64,000 nt of DNA. It comes from Eledone cirrhosa (taxonomy: Eukaryota). Location: contig OZ024755.1 of assembly GCA_964016885.1 (NCBI GenBank), forward strand, positions 24,552,001-24,616,000. The letters run 5' to 3'. This document shows, in pieces, positions 41,481 to 56,899 of the stretch; the first letter of the stretch is position 1, and each line of letters starts with the position of its first letter. Made by a program: the position numbers and the translations under genes. The notes under the pieces are model-generated. The model was given only the letters and a program-made list of their open reading frames with translations, searched no databases and was not told the origin of the DNA.

Positions 41481-42066
41481 CAAATTACTTTTATACAAAA
41501 ATCTTACAAATGTATACAACATACAGAAAATGGCATTACTACGCAGTTTTCGGTATAATCAACAACTTGAAGGGGATTTTTTTTTCATCATTAAAGTGGG
41601 GCCTTTTGAACATAACTTAACAATGGTTCTTACATAAAATATGATTGAAAGTTTTTTTAATAAATATAAACACTTTAAAATAAACAGAAGCTGTTTATGG
41701 AGGTTTGTTATAGGACTAAGAAATTTACTTACATAAAATTATGATGGAAGTTTTAAACTAAATATAATCACTTTAAAATAAACATCTGTTTATCATAGTA
41801 TCAGGGTCGGTTTTGTGGCAGTTTGCTATCAAAATGGTTAAAAGAAGTTCAAAGAAAACTAGGCATTCCCCCAATTTTTCAAGTTTTAGCAGAATCTCTT
41901 TTATATATTTCATGTTTGAACGATTGTCAAGCAGTTTTCTTGCTTTAGATTTTGGCTTCATGTCTTTCTACCTTGACACCACCAGTTACCAATAAGAGTC
42001 CAAAATAATATTTTTCTTATATCCAAACGACTATACAAATATTTACTGCACTTTTCACCACTCCGA

Positions 42067-42118
<52 letters not shown>

Positions 42119-42359
42119 CTCTCTCTCTCTCTCTCTCTCATACACACTATCTCTCTCGATCTATTCCATTGGGGCCATAACAAAACGTGTTGGTGAAAGA
42201 ATAAAAAAGCTGGTTTACATTCTTTGGCAATCAAACACACACACAACATACATGCACAAGCATACACATATTCAGACAGACAAACATACACAGCAACACA
42301 ACAGGGACGGACAGACAGATAGATAGATAGATAGATAAGTAGATAGGTAGATATATAGA

Positions 42360-42635
42360 TAGATATCTTTCTTTATTTGCCACAGGGGTGTACAAAAATG
42401 GGACATTACAAGACGTGACGGCGGGGGCTTTACATAAAAATCATATAACTTTAACATTAATAACAATAAACTATATATAATTGTTTCTACTTATGGCACA
42501 AGGCCAGCAATTATCCCAGTGTATTACTGGTACTTTATTTTATCGACCCCATAAGGGTGAAAGGTAAAGTTAACCTCGGCAAATCGCCAATAGGGGGAAC
42601 GTTACTGCAGGGTTGTTTTACACCCCGTGTATAGA
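42360..42635 (-). mobile_element. Tx1/L1-like 3' UTR next to (GATA)n with nested main-family SINE (42478-42580)
   Basis: Family motifs on both sides of the SINE. Confidence 0.65.
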
Positions 42636-42649
42636 ACAAATGTAGACAC

Positions 42650-43315
42650 ACGTGTGTGTATGTGAATGTATATGTGTGCCTCATAATATGGGTACATGTG
42701 TGTGAGTGTGTATCTTTATGTATATGTGCACCTCTTAATGTGGGCATATGTGTTTGTGTGTGTGTGTGTGTGTGAGAATCTGTGCGCTTCATAATGTGGA
42801 AACCTGTGTGTGTATGTGAGAGTATATGTGTGCCTTTTAATGTGGGTACACGTGTGTGTATGTGTATGTGAGAGCCTATGTGCGCCTTTTAATGTGGGCA
42901 CACGTGTGTGTGTATGTGTGAGAGTATATATGTGCCTTTTAATTTGGTTACACGTGGTTGTGTGTGTGTGTGTGTATGTGAGAGTATATGTGTGCCTATT
43001 AATGTGGCTACACGTGTGAGTGTGTGTGTGTATGTGAGAGAGTATATATGTGCCTTTTAATTTAGCTACACGTGGTTGTGTGTGTGTGTGTATGTGAGAG
43101 TATATGTGTGCCTATTAATGTGGCTACACGTGTGTGTGTGTGTATGTGAGAGAGTATATATGTGCCTTTTAATTTGGCTACACGTGGTTGTGTATGTATA
43201 TGAGAGTTTATGTGTGCCTTTTAATTTGGCTACACGTGGTTGTGTGTGTGTGTATGTATGTGAGACTATATGTGTGCCTATTAATGTGGGTACACGTGTG
43301 AGTGTGAGTCAGTGT
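42650..43315. repeat. ~50-60-bp TG-rich minisatellite
   Basis: Unit GTATGTGAGAGTATATGTGTGCCTTTTAATGTGGCTACACGTG(TG)n. Confidence 0.85.
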
Positions 43316-43941
43316 ATATGGTCGCATGTGTTGTGTGCTAATGTGTCTTTGTTATTGTTCTACAATTACATATACATACGCAAGTAAGAACCTCAATAAC
43401 ACCAACTACAACAACAATAACAACTACTACTCCTAAAACAAAACAACAACAGTTAGTACTACTACTACTACCCCAACCACCACCACCACCACCACTACTA
43501 CTACCACTACTACTACTACTAGAGCTTTAACAATGCAACTATAGCGATATTCCACATGGCTGGTCAATAAAATAAACCAAACAGTGTTGTATTGTTTTGT
43601 CGCTAGGGGTCGCTTCGGTTCGTTTCTACACACCCATAATACAATTTCTTCACTAGATGTATACACAATATATACAATATCTGTACATATACAATAGCTA
43701 TTCAATATACGTATAGATCAGGTAGCTGGAAAACACGGGACGCTAAAAACAGTCTTTCATTAAAACTTGTGTAGTGTAATGGGTGTGTGACTGTGTATAA
43801 GTGTGTATGATTGAGAGAGAGTGTGCGTGTGTGTGTTTCTGTGTGCGTATGTATGTGTATGTGTTTGTACATGTCTATTGTTCCAAATACTCAAATACAC
43901 AAGCATAAAATACTTGCACACACAAACAGACAGATAGACAC

Positions 43942-43977
<36 letters not shown>

Positions 43978-44134
43978 TATGTTTTTTGTGCATATATATA
44001 TATAAGAGCCGAAACACTTGCTGAAGAGGGGAGAGTTTCTCCTCTGAAGACCATCTGCTGTCCATCTCTCCTGAGAGTTTCTTACCACTATACTATATAT
44101 ACATGTATAAGAAAGCCCGTGTAGTGCACTCTAC

Positions 44135-44575
44135 ATGTGAGTGGAGTTCCACTGAAGCAGGTGGAGTAGATCAGATATCTTGGGGCCGTGTTCACGAGTG
44201 ATAGAAAGCATGAGGCTGACTTAAGTGGAGAAGCTGGTGCAGTAATGTGCCAACTTCAACATTCGGTCAACAGAAGAAGGGAGGGAATTTAGGTATAAAA
44301 GCCAAATTCGCCGCTTTCTTCAATTCGGTATTCGTGCCTACCCTTAACTATGGTCAAGAATTTGAAGTAATGACCGTCAATATATGATCATCAATACAAG
44401 CAGCCGAAATGAGGTTCCTCCGAAGGGTCTTTGGAGTAACCTTACTCGATAGATTGCGTAGATCAATCAGACAGTTGCTCCAAGTAAAGCTGCTACTTCT
44501 CCGAATTGAGAGATTTCAGCTCCGATATTACGGACACGTGGTTTGAGTGTCTCCAGAAAGAATCGCTGGACCGCT
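44135..44575 (+). mobile_element. RTE LINE fragment (Expander-like)
   Basis: YLGAVFTSD...SVFVPTLNYGQEF...IQAAEMRFLRRVFGVTLLDRLR; same family as 61675-62250. Confidence 0.8.
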
Positions 44576-44718
44576 TTTATATTTATTTTTATTTAATTTC
44601 TTTTTATTTTGATCATGCTTTATTTTTATTTTTAATTTCATTTGCACCGTTTCCTTTCGCTTTTTGTCTCTCCACCACTCCCCTACACACCCTTTGAACT
44701 CTGTTCCCACACACTTCT

Positions 44719-44751
44719 CACCTGAGGAAGGGCTTATGCCCGAAACGTCGT
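44719..44751 (+). ncRNA. Minimal Penelope-type hammerhead ribozyme
   Basis: AC-CTGAGGA-A-GGGCttatGCCC-GAA-ACGT-C-GT; stem I only 2 bp. Confidence 0.7.
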
Positions 44752-44861
44752 TCCCCACCACCACCCCACTCTCCAGAGCCTGAAATTAATAAACATTCGT
44801 TGTACTGCCTCTCTGTTTTGTTCCTGTTCAAATTTTCCATTATATATATATATATAGTAAA

Positions 44862-45053
44862 AATAATTGTTTCTACTTTTGGCACAAGGCCAGCAATTAC
44901 CCAGTGCATTACTGGTACTTTATTTTATTGACCCCGTAAGGATGAAAGGCAAAGTAAACCTCGGCGGGATTTGAACTCAGAATGGCAAGGGCCGTAACTC
45001 TATGCGTCAAAGCATGGCGTCCGACCCTCTATCGATACTGCCAATCCACCGCC
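44862..45053 (-). mobile_element. Full-length main-family SINE with target-site duplication
   Basis: TATATATAGTAAAAATAAT present on both sides. Confidence 0.9.
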
Positions 45054-45599
45054 CTATATATAGTAAAAATAATAAATAATAAATGTGAAGACTAAAATCC
45101 GAAGAAGGCTCGATAAGGATTATATATACAGAATATATATATAAACCCGTAGAGCAAATATTTATTATAAGAACAGATTAAAGTTTAAGCAAAGAATCGC
45201 TGCTTTATATAGTCTCAGACATGTAACGTACAGCCTATCGATAGTTGGCAGTTGAAAAGTACATTAATATATGGATTTGCACAGCATCGTAGTATTATGT
45301 ATGAAGATATGCATGCGTGTGTATAAGTACGTTTGCATGTATATATGTATGTACGTACATGTTCATTTATGTCTGTATGTGCATGTTTGTGTGAATATGT
45401 TTATGTGCCTATGCATGTGTGTGAGGGGTAGAGGGGGTAAATGAATGCCTACCGGTGATTGATGTGTTGTCTAAGAATAGATGTTGCCTGAGGCCAATCG
45501 AGAAAAGACCAAGAGAAACGTCATGACAACGTAAATAGAATTAACAGAAGTGGAGGGTAATAAAGATTTTAAAAGATAATTATTACTTTATTAGCTACA

Positions 45600-46053
45600 G
45601 GGGGTCACACATAATACTGTAAACATTATAGATATAAGGGTTACAGAAGCATTTGTGGGGCTGGACAGGCAGTGTTATAATACTGTAAACATAAACATAG
45701 GGGCTGGACAGACAGTGTTATATATAATACAATAAATATTATAAAAATAGGGGTTACATTACATGTGGGGCTGGACAGACAGTGTTATATATAGTACAGT
45801 ATACATTACAAAAATAGGGGTTACATTACATGTGGGGCTGGACAGAAAGTGTTATATATAATACAGTAAATATTACAAAAATAGGGGTTACATTACATGT
45901 GGGGCTGGACAGACAGTGTTATATATAATACAGTATACATTACAAAAATAGGGGTTACATTACATGTGGGGCTGGACAGACAGTGTTATATATAATACAG
46001 TAAACATAAAAAAATTAGGGGCTTCATTATATATGGGGCTGGATAGACAGTGT
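45600..46053. repeat. 67-bp minisatellite, ~7 copies
   Basis: GGGGCTGGACAG recurs at 45767, 45834, 45901 and 45968. Confidence 0.9.
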
Positions 46054-46551
46054 GGTGGTTGGTGGTGGTGGTGGATGGTGATGGTGTGGATGGTGATGGT
46101 GGAGATGAGAGTGGTGGTGGTGGTGGTGGTATTGTAGGTGGTGGTAGTGATGGTGGTGTTGTTGTAGGTGGTGATGGTGATGGTGATGTAGGAGGTGGTG
46201 GTGGCGGTGGTGTAGGAGGTGGTGGTGGTGGTGGTGTTGTAGGTGGTGGTGGTGGTTATGTTGTAGGTGGTGGTGGTGGTTAATGGAGATCGGTTATTGT
46301 TGTTTTCATTATAATGGTGGTCTAGAAAAATCGATCTACTTATGCATGTATGTATGTTTGTATGTGTGTATGTATGTATGTGTGCATGTATGTGTGCGTG
46401 TATGTATGTTTGTATGCATGTATGTATGTGTGTATGTATGTATGTGTGTATATATGTATGTATGTTTGTGTGTATGTAAACACACACACATGCATATGTG
46501 TGCATATATTGATTATTGATATGTATACATATGTGTGTATACATTGATTAT

Positions 46552-46591
<40 letters not shown>

Positions 46592-46664
46592 ATATGTATG
46601 TATATATACATGTATGTATGTATATGTATGTATATTTATAGATATGTATTTATGTATTTATATA

Positions 46665-46754
<90 letters not shown>

Positions 46755-46776
46755 CGTGTGTGGGAGAGGGATTATT

Positions 46777-46829
<53 letters not shown>

Positions 46830-48218
46830 GTGTATATGAGAATGGATTTCTCTGTTTTCCCTAAAACAAACATACATATCGGAATAACTAATATGATTAA
46901 GACCTGAAACAACAAACACATCCATCACATTCATCATTTCCATCAGACATTGGGTGCCGAATAATTTCACTTTAATGGCGGTAAATAATAGGAAACAACG
47001 GAAAATAACGGAAAACAGCGGAAAACAACGGAAGGAAATCATGTTAAAATAAAACAATCGCCTTTGCAATCGATGGCTTTCTTATTTGCCTTTCACCTCC
47101 TTTAACGATGACTCTTTATTTTCCTTGCATTGTTGTCGTTGATGTTCCTTGCTGTTGATGTTGTTGTTGTCGTTGTTGTTGTTGTTGTCCGTCGTCGTTG
47201 TTGTTGTTGTTGTTGATGTCGCTACTGTTGTTGTTGTTGTTGTTGTCGTCATTGTAGTTGATGTTGTCGATGTTGTTTTCGTTGGTGTTGTTGTCGTCGT
47301 TGTTGTTGTTGTTGTGTTTATTGTCTTCGTCATTATAGTTGATGACGATGTTATCATGTTGATGATGATGATGATGTTGTTGTTGCTGTTGTTGTCATTT
47401 TTCTTGCCGTCATCATTGTTATTACTGTTGTCGTTGTTGTTGTTGGTGATCATGTTATCATTGTTGATGATGATGATAATATTGCTGTTGTTTCTCGCCT
47501 GGCAAGACAGATTAAGTGTCGCTCTCATATTTCAATGTAGATGATGATGATGATGATGATGATGAAAATAACCCATCATCATCATCATCGTTATCATCAT
47601 TTCTGACTCTTACGACAATGAGTGTTCCAGTTTGAACATTAGAACAGCCTGCTCGTGAAATTTACATAGTTCTCGGGGAGATTCAGCGTGACATAGGATG
47701 TGACAGGACTGGTCCTATGAATTGCATGTGCAACCCCGGTTTTTCTAGCTGGATGGACTGGATGAACGTGAAATACTATTTTGCTTAAGGACACAGCATG
47801 CCACCATGTCCTTGCGATAGTTAGCAGAACAGACTGGCCCATAAGCCAGGTGCCTTCCCCAACAAATGATGAACTTATTCTTGGTCCTTAACCTCGTATC
47901 GTGTTGTAGGAGTGCCGCCATAATACACGGCTTGCCTTGGGCATTTATACCTAACGGGGTCAATCCCCCTCTAGATCTGAACACAGGGGATTTCTTCAAG
48001 AAACAAAGACAGAAATAGGGGGTCGACTCCAGTACTGGATATGTAATTTATTTAGCGACAGCGAAATGGTGAAAGCTAAATCGAATACTGCAATGTATTT
48101 TATCAGACGTGTTAACGACTTTACCAATTCGCCACTTCTTAATCAGTGTTACGAACCTTCATTCTAATGTACTAACAACCTCTCAGTTAGTGATTCAACT
48201 TAATATTAATAACGTTCA

Positions 48219-48641
48219 GGGCGATGGATTGGCAATATCGGTAGAGCGTCGGACAACATGCTTTATAGCAAAGGGTTACGCCCCTTTACGATCTGAGTTT
48301 AAATCCTGCGGAAGTTAGCTTTGATTTTCATCCTTATGAGGTCGATAACATAAAGTACCAGTAATGCACTGGGGTCGATTTCATCGACTTTCCCCTGCCC
48401 CAAAAGTGTTGGCCTTGTGCCTAAATCAGAAACCATTATTAATAAAGTTTGCGATAGATTGGCAGTATCGGTAGAGGGACGGACGCCATGCTTTGACGCA
48501 TAGAGTTACGGCCCTTGCTATTCTGAGTTCAAATCCCGCCGAGGTTAACTTTGCCTTTCATCCTTACGGGGTCGATAAAATAAAGTACCAGTAATGCACT
48601 GGGTAATTGCTGGCCTTGTGCCAATAGTAGAAACAATTATT
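48219..48641 (+). mobile_element. Two tandem main-family SINEs (long variant 48219-48440, short variant 48451-48641)
   Basis: Second copy flanked by duplicated ATTAATAAAGTTTGC. Confidence 0.88.
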
Positions 48642-48754
48642 AATAAAGTTTGCTTGAACTAGAAATATTGTGGCAAACATTCAGGAAAGTAACAGAAGTT
48701 CAATTCTTTTGGTGTGGTTTAACAGATCATGGTAGGTCACAAACATATCTATAC

Positions 48755-48875
48755 CTAAGGCGCTGAGCTGGCCAGCCGCAGGTGTGAGCCTCGCGAGTTG
48801 GAATGGCTCTTCCAGCGCATCTCCCTTACCATCCTCCGGGGAAACGCCTTCTCCATTCTGTCCGCCGGGGCTGTG
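48755..48875 (+). mobile_element. C-terminal fragment of a CRE-like (restriction-like endonuclease) non-LTR retrotransposon
   Basis: EPRELEWLFQRISLTILRGNAFSIL matches the QR(I/L)SxAxQRGNA terminal motif of CRE-type elements. Confidence 0.65.
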
Positions 48876-49036
48876 GGGAGCCAGCACGTGGGACCCCATT
48901 TGCTCATAATACAGATAGATGGGGAGGGCGAGAGAGATGGAAACGATGACAGTGGGAGTTCAACTCTTCCGTGTTCGGACACATTTGTTGAGAGGTTTCT
49001 TCAGTGTTTTAATTGTTATTAATTGTGACATACTAG

Positions 49037-49254
49037 GGCGCTGGATAGGAAGTATCGGTAGGGATTCGGACTCCATGCTTTGCAGCATAGAGTTACGGCC
49101 CTTTATGATCTGAGTTCAAATCCCGCCGAGGATAACTTTGCCTTTCATCCCTACGGGATCGATAAAATAAAGTACTAGTCACGCACTGGGGTCAATGTAA
49201 TCGACTTTCCCCTTCGTCAAAATTGATGGCATTGTGCCTATATAAGAAACCATT
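49037..49254 (+). mobile_element. Main-family SINE, long variant, with TSD
   Basis: ATTAATTGTGACATACT duplicated on both flanks. Confidence 0.88.
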
Positions 49255-49653
49255 AATTGTGACATACTGTCTCAATTTTCCTATGAATTAGGCCTGCTAG
49301 GCATACGAACTGTTCTTAGGTTATTTCCAGAGCAATGTTTAAAACGTTTGATATATTTATGTACACCAACACTGAAAAAGACCTATGTACATTGATAGAA
49401 ATAATATTGCACTAATTCAGTTCCAATGTCTGACTAGTTTTTTCAACTATAATGAAATATGTTCGGTTCGTTGACCAACAAAGGTGACATTTATAGGCGA
49501 ATCAATGTTGCCTTTTACTGCGATTAAATGCAAAGTCACAAAGAAGCCATATTTTTTTGTTACTCTCTCAAAAGTTTTCTTTATAAGTGTGTATGTGTGT
49601 ATGCATATTATATGTGTGTATGTGTGTATGCATATTTATATATATATATATGC

Positions 49654-49720
<67 letters not shown>

Positions 49721-49749
49721 TATATATATATATTATATATATATATATA

Positions 49750-49817
<68 letters not shown>

Positions 49818-49846
49818 TATATATATATATTATATATATATATATA

Positions 49847-49892
<46 letters not shown>

Positions 49893-50039
49893 TATATATA
49901 TATATATATATATATATGCATATATATATTATATATATATATATATATGCATATATATATAATATATATATATATATATGCATATATATATAATATATAT
50001 ATATATATATGCATATATATATATAATATATATATATAT

Positions 50040-50079
<40 letters not shown>

Positions 50080-50224
50080 TATAATATATATATATATATA
50101 ATATATATATATATAATATATATATATATAATACATATATATATAATATATATAATATATATATATAATATATATATATATAATATATATATAATATATA
50201 TATATATAATATATATATATAAAA

Positions 50225-50267
<43 letters not shown>

Positions 50268-50283
50268 TATAATATATATATAC

Positions 50284-50314
<31 letters not shown>

Positions 50315-50317
50315 CAT

Positions 50318-50369
<52 letters not shown>

Positions 50370-50642
50370 GCTAACAAATGCAATGGCAACCTAACCACAT
50401 AGGCGTAGAAGGTGTTTCTCGCTGGTACACACAGGCATCCGTCACAATAACAATACACACAAAAGGGTTTATGGAGTGAGATGAAAGTTAAGACAAGGTT
50501 CATGAAGGTAACTTACAGAACTATATTAAGTATATATGTATCAAATGGAGCATGCTACTCGCTTTTCAAGCGTAAACATCCAGAATTGAATTGCCAACTG
50601 AAATGTCGAATGCGGATCAATGAAAGCGCAGACGCAGACGCA

Positions 50643-50737
<95 letters not shown>

Positions 50738-51132
50738 TTGTCTGTGTGTGTTATATATATATATGTCTGTGTGTGTGAGAATCATTATGAAATATGCTGT
50801 TAGGATTGTTTGCGAAAGCCAGTACAATATAAAGGAGTAAAAATTATAATAGAGTAAGGCAAATCAAACAAAACACAGTTTACACGTTTATCTTATATTT
50901 CAAGATGTTTCGGTGTTAAACCCCTCTTTTCAACTGAAAGGAGATGGAGTATGATGGAGCTGACGAGCGGAGCGTTTCTGATTAGCTATTGGATCAGAGG
51001 AGTAGTGACATGCGCAGACTGGTGTAACCACAATAGCCACTTAGCTTCATGCAACTCACGAGTGCTGTTTATGATAAGTGTCGTTCTTATTGATGAGAAT
51101 AACTTCTTTTAAAACGCAAATGTCTGTGTGAC

Positions 51133-51191
<59 letters not shown>

Positions 51192-51453
51192 TCACTCCCT
51201 CTCTCTCACTCTCCCCCTCTCTCTCTCTGTTTTAACAGAAGCCCTCGTGTGAATGTATACATTAATCACTATGTGTAGTTTGTAGTTAGTGTTGCCAGTC
51301 TGTGAACCACATTTGATCCATATATAACAGGCAACACACACAAATATCCCCATGTATGTGAAACTATCTATATGTCTATATATGCACTTATCTGTATATG
51401 TACGTACATGCATGTGTATCGATATGTATATATACATATATGTACATGAATCT

Positions 51454-51757
<304 letters not shown>

Positions 51758-51908
51758 ATATATATACATACACGTATGTGTATAGAGTATTTTTACTCTA
51801 CACACAGGATTACAAGTTTTGGCTGACCTACATCTCCCTATTTCGATCCTCATTTTAATACCTGAAGACTTAAAGAAAGATCGATATATGTATGTATGTA
51901 TATATATG

Positions 51909-51940
<32 letters not shown>

Positions 51941-52240
51941 GGTGTGCACATGTGTGTGTGTGTATATATATATATGTGTGTTTGTATCTATATAATACCA
52001 CTAACACCACTACCACCACCAACAACAACACTCTGTAGTTTGCACCCAGTGACCAGCGACTAATTATTTTCGTCACTAGTTTCATTGAAAGAATATAGTA
52101 GTTGTTGTTGTAGTTGTAGTAGTAGTAGCTGTTGTCGTAGTAGTTGTTCTTGTATTATTTGTAGTAGTAGTAGTAGTAGTAGTTGTTGTTCTTGTATTAT
52201 TTGTAGTAGTAGTAGTCGTAGTAGCAGTAGTAGTCGTAGC

Positions 52241-52276
<36 letters not shown>

Positions 52277-52504
52277 TGTTGTAGTTGTAGTAGTAGTAGC
52301 TGTTGTAGTAGTAGTTTTTCTTGTATTATTTGTAGTAGTAGTAGTAGTTGTTGTTGTTGTAATTGTAGTTGTTATTGTAGTACTTGTTATTGTAGTTGTT
52401 GTAGTTGTTGTAACCGTAGTTGTAGAAGTGGTAGTAGTAATTGTTGTTGTTGTAGTTGTAGAAACCATTGATTGCGAATCTCTTTGTCGGTATGATCTTT
52501 GGTT

Positions 52505-52830
52505 CTAATAGAGAAACAGTGTGTTACACATTAGAGAGACAGTGTGTTACACATTAGAGAATCAGTGTGTTACACAGTAGAGAGACAGTGTGTTACACAT
52601 TAGAGAGACAGTGTGTTACACATTAGAGAGACAGTGTGTTACACAATAGAGAGATAGTGTGTTACACAGTAGAGAGACAGTGTTACACAGTAGAGAGACA
52701 GTGTGTTACACATTAGAGAGACAGTGTGCTACACAATAGAGAGACAGTGTTTTACACAATAGAGAGACAGTGTGTTACACAGTAGAGAGATATTGTGTTA
52801 CACAATAGAAAAACAGTGTGTTTACATAAT
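52505..52830. repeat. 23-bp minisatellite, ~14 copies
   Basis: Unit AGAGAGACAGTGTGTTACACATT. Confidence 0.92.
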
Positions 52831-53562
52831 ATAATATTTTGCTGAAGGACATCACTCGTGGTCAGAATCGAACTCACAACCTTACAGTTGTGACCAGACT
52901 GATCACTAGCGTTCGCCCTCCCTATAGAAAGAAAAAAGTCCGAATAAACACCAGAATACAATAGCAGGAACAGAAGTCAGCGAAGGGGCCTTCGTGAGGT
53001 CAATACATATGCTAGAAATATCAACCCAATCTACTTCAAACTATATTTTACCACTTTAAAAATTGAATGGCGTAGTTTTCTATTCACTATGTCTGAAACA
53101 TGGATGTAGACATAGCTGAGAAGTTAAGAAATTCGCTTTGGAAACTCAGGGACAGAAAATAAGACAAGATTGTTTTAACAATTACAGCTGGAATCAATTT
53201 GACAGGATTCTACAGAGTTTACGTCTTCCAAATTGTAATCACAAGCTTGCTTCGACCAGGGTCTAAGTTATGTAATATTAGTCCAAGCTGGCAAGCAATG
53301 AAATCGAAGCCGACACCTCATGATTGCGAAGCGAATTTGTTTAACCACTTAGCCATCCAAGAACTTCTAAAATTTCTAAATAGAACCAATGTCAAAATAT
53401 AGAACACAAGCATATTCAATATTTGGATGATGGAATTTTCGATTATAGAGACACGTGTCTTTTTAACGAACAAAATCGATAAAAATAATTGGATTTCATG
53501 AAAATGAAAGAAGTATGTAAAATATCATTTGGAAAATATAATGCTCATAGCAAGAAAATATA

Positions 53563-53662
53563 TAGAGTGTCCCCCAAAAATGTATACACACTTCTACAGC
53601 ATTCTAATAAATATTGCCTGTGCAAGTAATCAAAGTGTGTATACATTTTTTGGGACACTCTG
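53563..53662. mobile_element. Tc1/mariner-type MITE
   Basis: ~30-bp TIRs (AGAGTGTCCC..AAAAATGTATACACACTT) with TA flanks. Confidence 0.85.
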
Positions 53663-53830
53663 TATATCGTAAATATATATATATATGTCGTTTGGAATCT
53701 AAATAAATATTATTGTATTGGATATGAATATATACGTATATTTCAATATGTATATCAATGAAAAAATACAATGTCTATCGCATGCAATATAAAAATGCAA
53801 AGTAAGCAAATTAGAAGCAGGACGTGGAGT

Positions 53831-53890
<60 letters not shown>

Positions 53891-53892
53891 TC

Positions 53893-53985
<93 letters not shown>

Positions 53986-54081
53986 TATATTATATATCTT
54001 CCATTTCCTCCAAGCGTGAACCTAATATAGTTGTGTATTTTTGTATCCCTGTGTTTGTTTTGTTGCCTTTATTAACTATAT

Positions 54082-54145
<64 letters not shown>

Positions 54146-54158
54146 TATATATATATGC

Positions 54159-54207
<49 letters not shown>

Positions 54208-55367
54208 ACTATAATACAAGAAGAATTGTACCTGCAATTCCAAAGATCAGCCTTGTCAAACATTAAAGGTTATAGGAATATGTGGAGTAATCAAATACAT
54301 GTTCATTTCACGAGCAGGCTGAGACATTCATCGCCGAAACTGACGGAGGTCCATTTCAATTTCACATTTAAATAATTAATAATATGTAAAACCAACGAGG
54401 AAATAGAATAGAATGGTACTCAATCAGTTTCGCAATGTGTGTCCTTGTTTATCGATGAATGGATCACCCTACTAATAAAATTAACGTGTGAGTGGTTCAG
54501 TATTTCACAGAGACGTGCAAATTTAACGTAGTTCTCTGGGAGATTCAGCGTGACAAGGCTGGTCTCTTGAATAAAACATTTAGACTTCCATATAGTTTCT
54601 ACCTACCCAATTTTACATATGCATGCATGGTCCCGTAACTCCCGAAAGAGTCGTAGGGGCACCCAATTGTCATACGGTGTTTCTTGGGTATTTTTAAACC
54701 GGCGGAGCCCATTGCTCTCCAGGTTTGAATACAGTAGATTTCTTCCAGAGAAGGATAGAGGGAGTGAGAGAATGGAAATGAGAAAGAGATACAGAGGAAG
54801 ACTTGACCCCAGTACTTGGCTGGTACGTTTTTATTGACCTTGAATGGATAAAAGGCAAAGTTGCCCTAAACAGGATTTAGACTGGAGACAATGAGAGAGA
54901 GGGGGGGGGGGGGAGAATCAACCCTAATACTTGACTGGTACTTTTTTATCGACGTTAAAGGGATGAAAGACAAAGTTGACCTCATCAAATTTTACACATA
55001 AGTCTATGGTAAATGACACTTGCCTAAGATGGCACACGGTGAGATTGCACCCGGGTTATAATGATTGCGGAGCGAACACTTTAACTACTCGGCTAAGAAC
55101 AAGAGAATGTATAACACACAAAGAGGTCGTAGGAAGCTTATTTATCCTGCAGCACAAAATATAAAGAGATGTAACAGAACCATTGAAAAACTTTTACATT
55201 CAACAGATTAACCAGACATAGGGGCGTCTCTTTAACTTTACATCTATCAAAGAAAACCTTGCTTACCCTCAATACAATTAGGTGTGCATGGGTGTGTGTT
55301 GAGGTGGGTATATATATATATATATATATATATATACGTGTGTTTATGTCTGTGTATGTATGTGTGC

Positions 55368-55483
<116 letters not shown>

Positions 55484-55588
55484 ATTTATGTGTATGCATG
55501 TCTGTGTATGTATTGTGTATGTTTTTGTGTGTATATGTGTGTGTGTGTGTTTATGTGAGCATACCTGAGTATATCTATCTATCTATCA

Positions 55589-55727
<139 letters not shown>

Positions 55728-55791
55728 TGTGTGTCTGTGTGTGTGTCTCTGTGTGTTTCTGTGTGTATGTGAATGTGTGTGTATGGATATG

Positions 55792-55864
<73 letters not shown>

Positions 55865-56164
55865 GCATAACATATATATATATATATGCATGTATGTATG
55901 TATTAGTAATTACTAGATTAAGTGGATGAAATAATCTGCTATGATGGTCGTCAGTCGTTGAGTTAAGTCTTATAATAAAGCAATGGTTTATAATCTGTAC
56001 GCGTTGATAAGTCAACAACGTTATAAGCAGTGACAGCAGAGCTATTGTCAACGCTCCATTCACAACTAAAGATGGCGTCATTAGCTTTGAAGACTGCAGA
56101 CGACACAACTTTATACACCTTACCTCCCTCACAATCCTATTATATACTTTTCTTCTTTTACTCT

Positions 56165-56760
56165 TTTATACTTTTACTCATCTCAGTCATTAGACGGCGG
56201 CCATAATGTGCCAACACCGCCTTAAAAAGATTTAGTCGATCATATCGACCCTAGTACTTTTTGACTGGTTTCAGCCATTAGACTGCGGCCATGCTGTACC
56301 AACACAGCCTTTGAAAGATTTAGTCGATCATATTAATCCAAGTACTCTTTTACTGGTTTCAGTCATTAGACTGTGGTTAAGCTGGGGCACCGTATTAACT
56401 TAGTCTATCATATCAATCTCAGTACTTATTCTATTTGTTTCAGTCATTAGACTATGGCCAAACTGGGACAACACCTTGAAAGGAATTAGTTTATGATATC
56501 GATCTTAGTATTTGTTTTACTGGTTCCTGTCATTAAACTACAGTCATGCGACGCCTTATAGCGATTTAGTCGATTATATCGACCCTAGCACAGTTTTACT
56601 GATTTCAGTTATTAGACTGCGGCCTTACTGTAGCACCGCCATGTTTTAGTCAGTCACAATAACCTCATTACTCTATTTTTACTGGTTTCAGTCAGTAGAC
56701 AGCGGTCATGCAGCAATACGGCATTCATTTAGTCAATCATATTGAACCTACTATTTTTTT
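56165..56760 (-). repeat. ~80-89-bp tandem array derived from a SINE 3' tail, ~7 copies
   Basis: Unit TTTCAGTCATTAGACTGCGGCCATGCTG..CACCGCCTT..TTTAGTCGATCATATCGACCCTAGTACT. Confidence 0.75.
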
Positions 56761-56899
56761 TCTTCAAGTGAAGCACTTATTTATCGATATCTTTTTTTAC
56801 CGAACCATTAAGTTATGGGACACAGGCACAAACAGGATAAGAGAGGGGAACATAGTCACATGCCCTATACACACAAATGCCCATGCCCAAATAATATAT

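Noticed and set aside
41773-41961. 62-aa minus-strand ORF with ordinary composition
   Set aside because: No recognisable motif or convincing splice sites.
52505-52830. CRISPR-like regular repeats (also 28255-28810 and 58110-59107)
   Set aside because: Head-to-tail units with no unique spacers, no cas genes, eukaryotic context.
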